Source of the DNA: Pueribacillus theae | GTDB lineage: Bacteria; Bacillota; Bacilli; Bacillales; UBA6769 | Direction of reading: 5' to 3' | Length of the DNA stretch: 64,000 bases | Assembly: GCF_003097615.1 (NCBI RefSeq) | Contig: NZ_QCZG01000013.1 | Location: 16,016-80,015 of the forward strand | Part shown: piece by piece, positions 62,349 to 64,000 of the stretch | Position numbering within the stretch: the stretch's first letter is position 1 | How the letters are laid out: each line of letters begins with the position of its first letter | Made by a program: the position numbers and the translations under genes | The notes under the pieces: model-generated | Told to the model about the DNA's origin: nothing | The model's input: the letters and a program-made list of their open reading frames with translations, nothing else | Database searches by the model: none

Positions 62349-62704
62349 GGTTTACATAAAAGCACTTTCTTTATCAAACGAGAGATTCATAAGTTCATCA
62401 ATCATACAAACAAGGTGGATTGTATCCATTGGCACAAGTTTCATTAACTCTTATTTTAGGTTGCATAAAATACTCGAATTTTAGGTTGATAGGAGGAAAA
62501 TACCCTAAGCCTTTTATGAAATTCGATATGAACATTTAAAACTCCCCCACACAAAAAAATAGCATTTAAATGGGGGAGTACTGTGATCCAATTGGAAGGA
62601 TTTTGGAAAATCAGGCCTTTTTTACAAGGTATTAAACGATCCGATACATGTTACCCCCTAACCCTATATTAACATCTAATTTTTCGTGCTTCAATTTTCA
62701 TTGG

Positions 62705-62746
62705 ATAAAAAAGAGCTCTCCCTTAATAACTTGAAGGAAAGCTCTT
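62705..62746 (-). terminator. terminator downstream of the Uma2 gene
   Basis: AAGAGCTCTCC...GGAAAGCTCTT stem with one mismatch, followed by TTTTTT on the minus strand. A second hairpin (ACTCCCCCA/TGGGGGAGT) lies at 62541-62583. Confidence 0.45.
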
Positions 62747-62791
62747 GCATCAAATTGACACGAGCAATATCAACGAACAATCTTTAAACAC

Positions 62792-63370
62792 TTATTTCTC
62801 AAATTCTTCTCTAAAAACATTTTTTAGATCTATAGATAAATCATCAAAAATTCTAACTTCAATAACTTCATCATTCGTATATGTGCCATTATGTTTGTAT
62901 AGCTCGTTTTCTAATACATATGCGTCAATTGTTTCGTGTGCAGGGTCAACAATCCAGTATTCCTTAACACCTGCTCTTTGATATCGATGAAACTTAATCA
63001 TTCTGTCTGTTTTTGCAGTAGACTTTGATAGTATTTCAACAATTAAATCTGGCGCACCTACAATGCGGCTTTTGTGTATTTTATCTTCATCACATACAAT
63101 CACTATGTCCGGTTTCACCCATTCGTTTACTTTGGTGAGGTCTTCTTCTTCACAAAGACAAACGTCAACTTCAGCAAGAACTCTACATGATTTATTTCTT
63201 AAATACACGTTGAACTCTGTTGAAAGTTCCATTGCAATCGATTGATGTTTTACATTAGGTGATGGTGACATATTATATATTCGCCCATCAATCACCTCAT
63301 ATTGAACTTCTTCATCTAACTTTAAGTATTCAGCATACGTTAACGAATTGTTCTCATGCGGCGGAGCCAA
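62792..63370 (-). CDS. Uma2-family (DUF820) putative restriction-endonuclease-fold protein
   Basis: 192 aa with a TTG start after GGGAGGGG. Uma2 core (YEVIDGRIY...PDIVIVCDEDK...APDLIVEILS). Confidence 0.7.
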   Translation of the reverse strand: MAPPHENNSLTYAEYLKLDEEVQYEVIDGRIYNMSPSPNVKHQSIAMELSTEFNVYLRNKSCRVLAEVDVCLCEEEDLTKVNEWVKPDIVIVCDEDKIHKSRIVGAPDLIVEILSKSTAKTDRMIKFHRYQRAGVKEYWIVDPAHETIDAYVLENELYKHNGTYTNDEVIEVRIFDDLSIDLKNVFREEFEK

Positions 63371-63539
63371 TTTAACCCCTCCCTTATTCGTTTTTAAAAA
63401 AATTTTATTCCTAATTCTGCTACTTTACAACTTCATTATACAACATCCCTTTAGCACTTCGCATATTGTGTCAAATAAGCAACACCGTTGTGAACCTTAC
63501 CTGCCAAACACTAGCATGTACTCTCAAATAAAGGTGTAA

Positions 63540-63696
63540 ATGTTGCTTTATACGTTCATCTGAAATTTGAATCTGAACTAATAAATAGGAGATAGAACAT
63601 TTATTGCTCCTTCGGGGTTGAACTACTCCACCTTAATTTCTTACGAAATTTGAAGATGGAGATTCCTAAGAACACCTTCGTAACCGAAAGTTTTGC
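63540..63696 (-). mobile_element. right-end region of an IS200/IS605-family element (structured; candidate omega-RNA scaffold)
   Basis: Lies immediately 3' of tnpB. Hairpins: AATTTCttacGAAATT (63627-63642), CTTCGtaacCGAAG, CCGCAGttcCTGCGG and a CCTTCGGGG tetraloop. The exact IS terminus is not determinable. Confidence 0.5.
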
Positions 63697-64000
63697 TTAG
63701 GCTATCCCCGCAGTTCCTGCGGTTAGAAGTCTTATGGCTGCATTTTTAAGATTCCTACTTGCGTTAATATCCCTGTCGTGATGCGTACCACATTCTTTGC
63801 ATTCCCACTCACGCAATGCGAGATTCTTAACGTCTTTATTGCGGTAGCCACAACTAGAACATAGCTGGCTGGAAGGGAAGTTTTTCGCAACCGTTATAAC
63901 CTGTTTTCCGTACCATTTCGCCTTGTATTCAAGCATGGTGCGAAACTCTGACCAACTTACTTCACTAATGGCTTTTGCTAATTTGTGGTTCTGTAACAGA
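63697..64000 (-). CDS. tnpB: IS200/IS605-family TnpB (RNA-guided endonuclease), C-terminal part; the gene continues beyond the window end
   Basis: The open frame runs to position 64000 (...[26 protein letters not shown]...). C-terminal zinc finger CSSCG...CKECG and RuvC-III-like ...[10 protein letters not shown]. Confidence 0.8.
   Translation of the reverse strand, partial: LLQNHKLAKAISEVSWSEFRTMLEYKAKWYGKQVITVAKNFPSSQLCSSCGYRNKDVKNLALREWECKECGTHHDRDINASRNLKNAAIRLLTAGTAGIA

Noticed and set aside
62480-62545. AGGAGG followed 20 nt later by ATGAAATTCGATATGAACATTTAA (7-codon ORF).
   Set aside because: Spacing too long and ORF too short. Likely fortuitous.

Overview
This is a Bacillaceae chromosomal segment of moderate GC, with nearly all genes on the minus strand. 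Its backbone is syntenic with the Bacillus subtilis yun-suf-yus-fad region. Reading along the window: yunB/yunC/yunD, a DUF72 gene, then sufCDSUB (all five genes on the minus strand); metY plus a thioredoxin-like gene, gcvH, a yusI-like ArsC/Spx-family gene, TelA-like and XpaC-like genes, then fadN-fadA-fadE with a FadR box, and two CotF-like genes. A visibly more GC-rich insertion follows (about 21.8-29.7 kb). It carries a sigma-54 (-24/-12) promoter with upstream inverted-repeat enhancer sites, an AcoR-like sigma-54 activator, and an operon of acyl-CoA dehydrogenase, SCP2-type thiolase, acyl-CoA synthetase and a saccharopine-dehydrogenase-like reductase. A diverged ~250-bp tandem duplication spans the thiolase/synthetase junction and leaves two decayed gene fragments. 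Downstream are: a metallophosphoesterase, flotillin FloT, a long-chain acyl-CoA ligase, a guanidine-I (ykkC) riboswitch driving an SMR pair, a Fur-regulated divergent siderophore ABC locus with a FhuF-like gene, an LLM oxidoreductase, membrane proteins, a thermonuclease, YhgE/Pip, a second acyl-CoA ligase, a Glu/Leu/Phe/Val dehydrogenase, a ydaJKLM-like exopolysaccharide operon with a frameshifted ydaL homolog, DedA, AtoE, a cyclase, a PadR-DUF1700 operon, a ZIP transporter, a Uma2 endonuclease, and the 3' part of an IS200/IS605 tnpB with a structured right end. A ~35-50 bp sequence recurs in three intergenic sites. No CRISPR array, rRNA or tRNA was seen. All calls rest on reading the sequence and remembered family signatures, not on searches.
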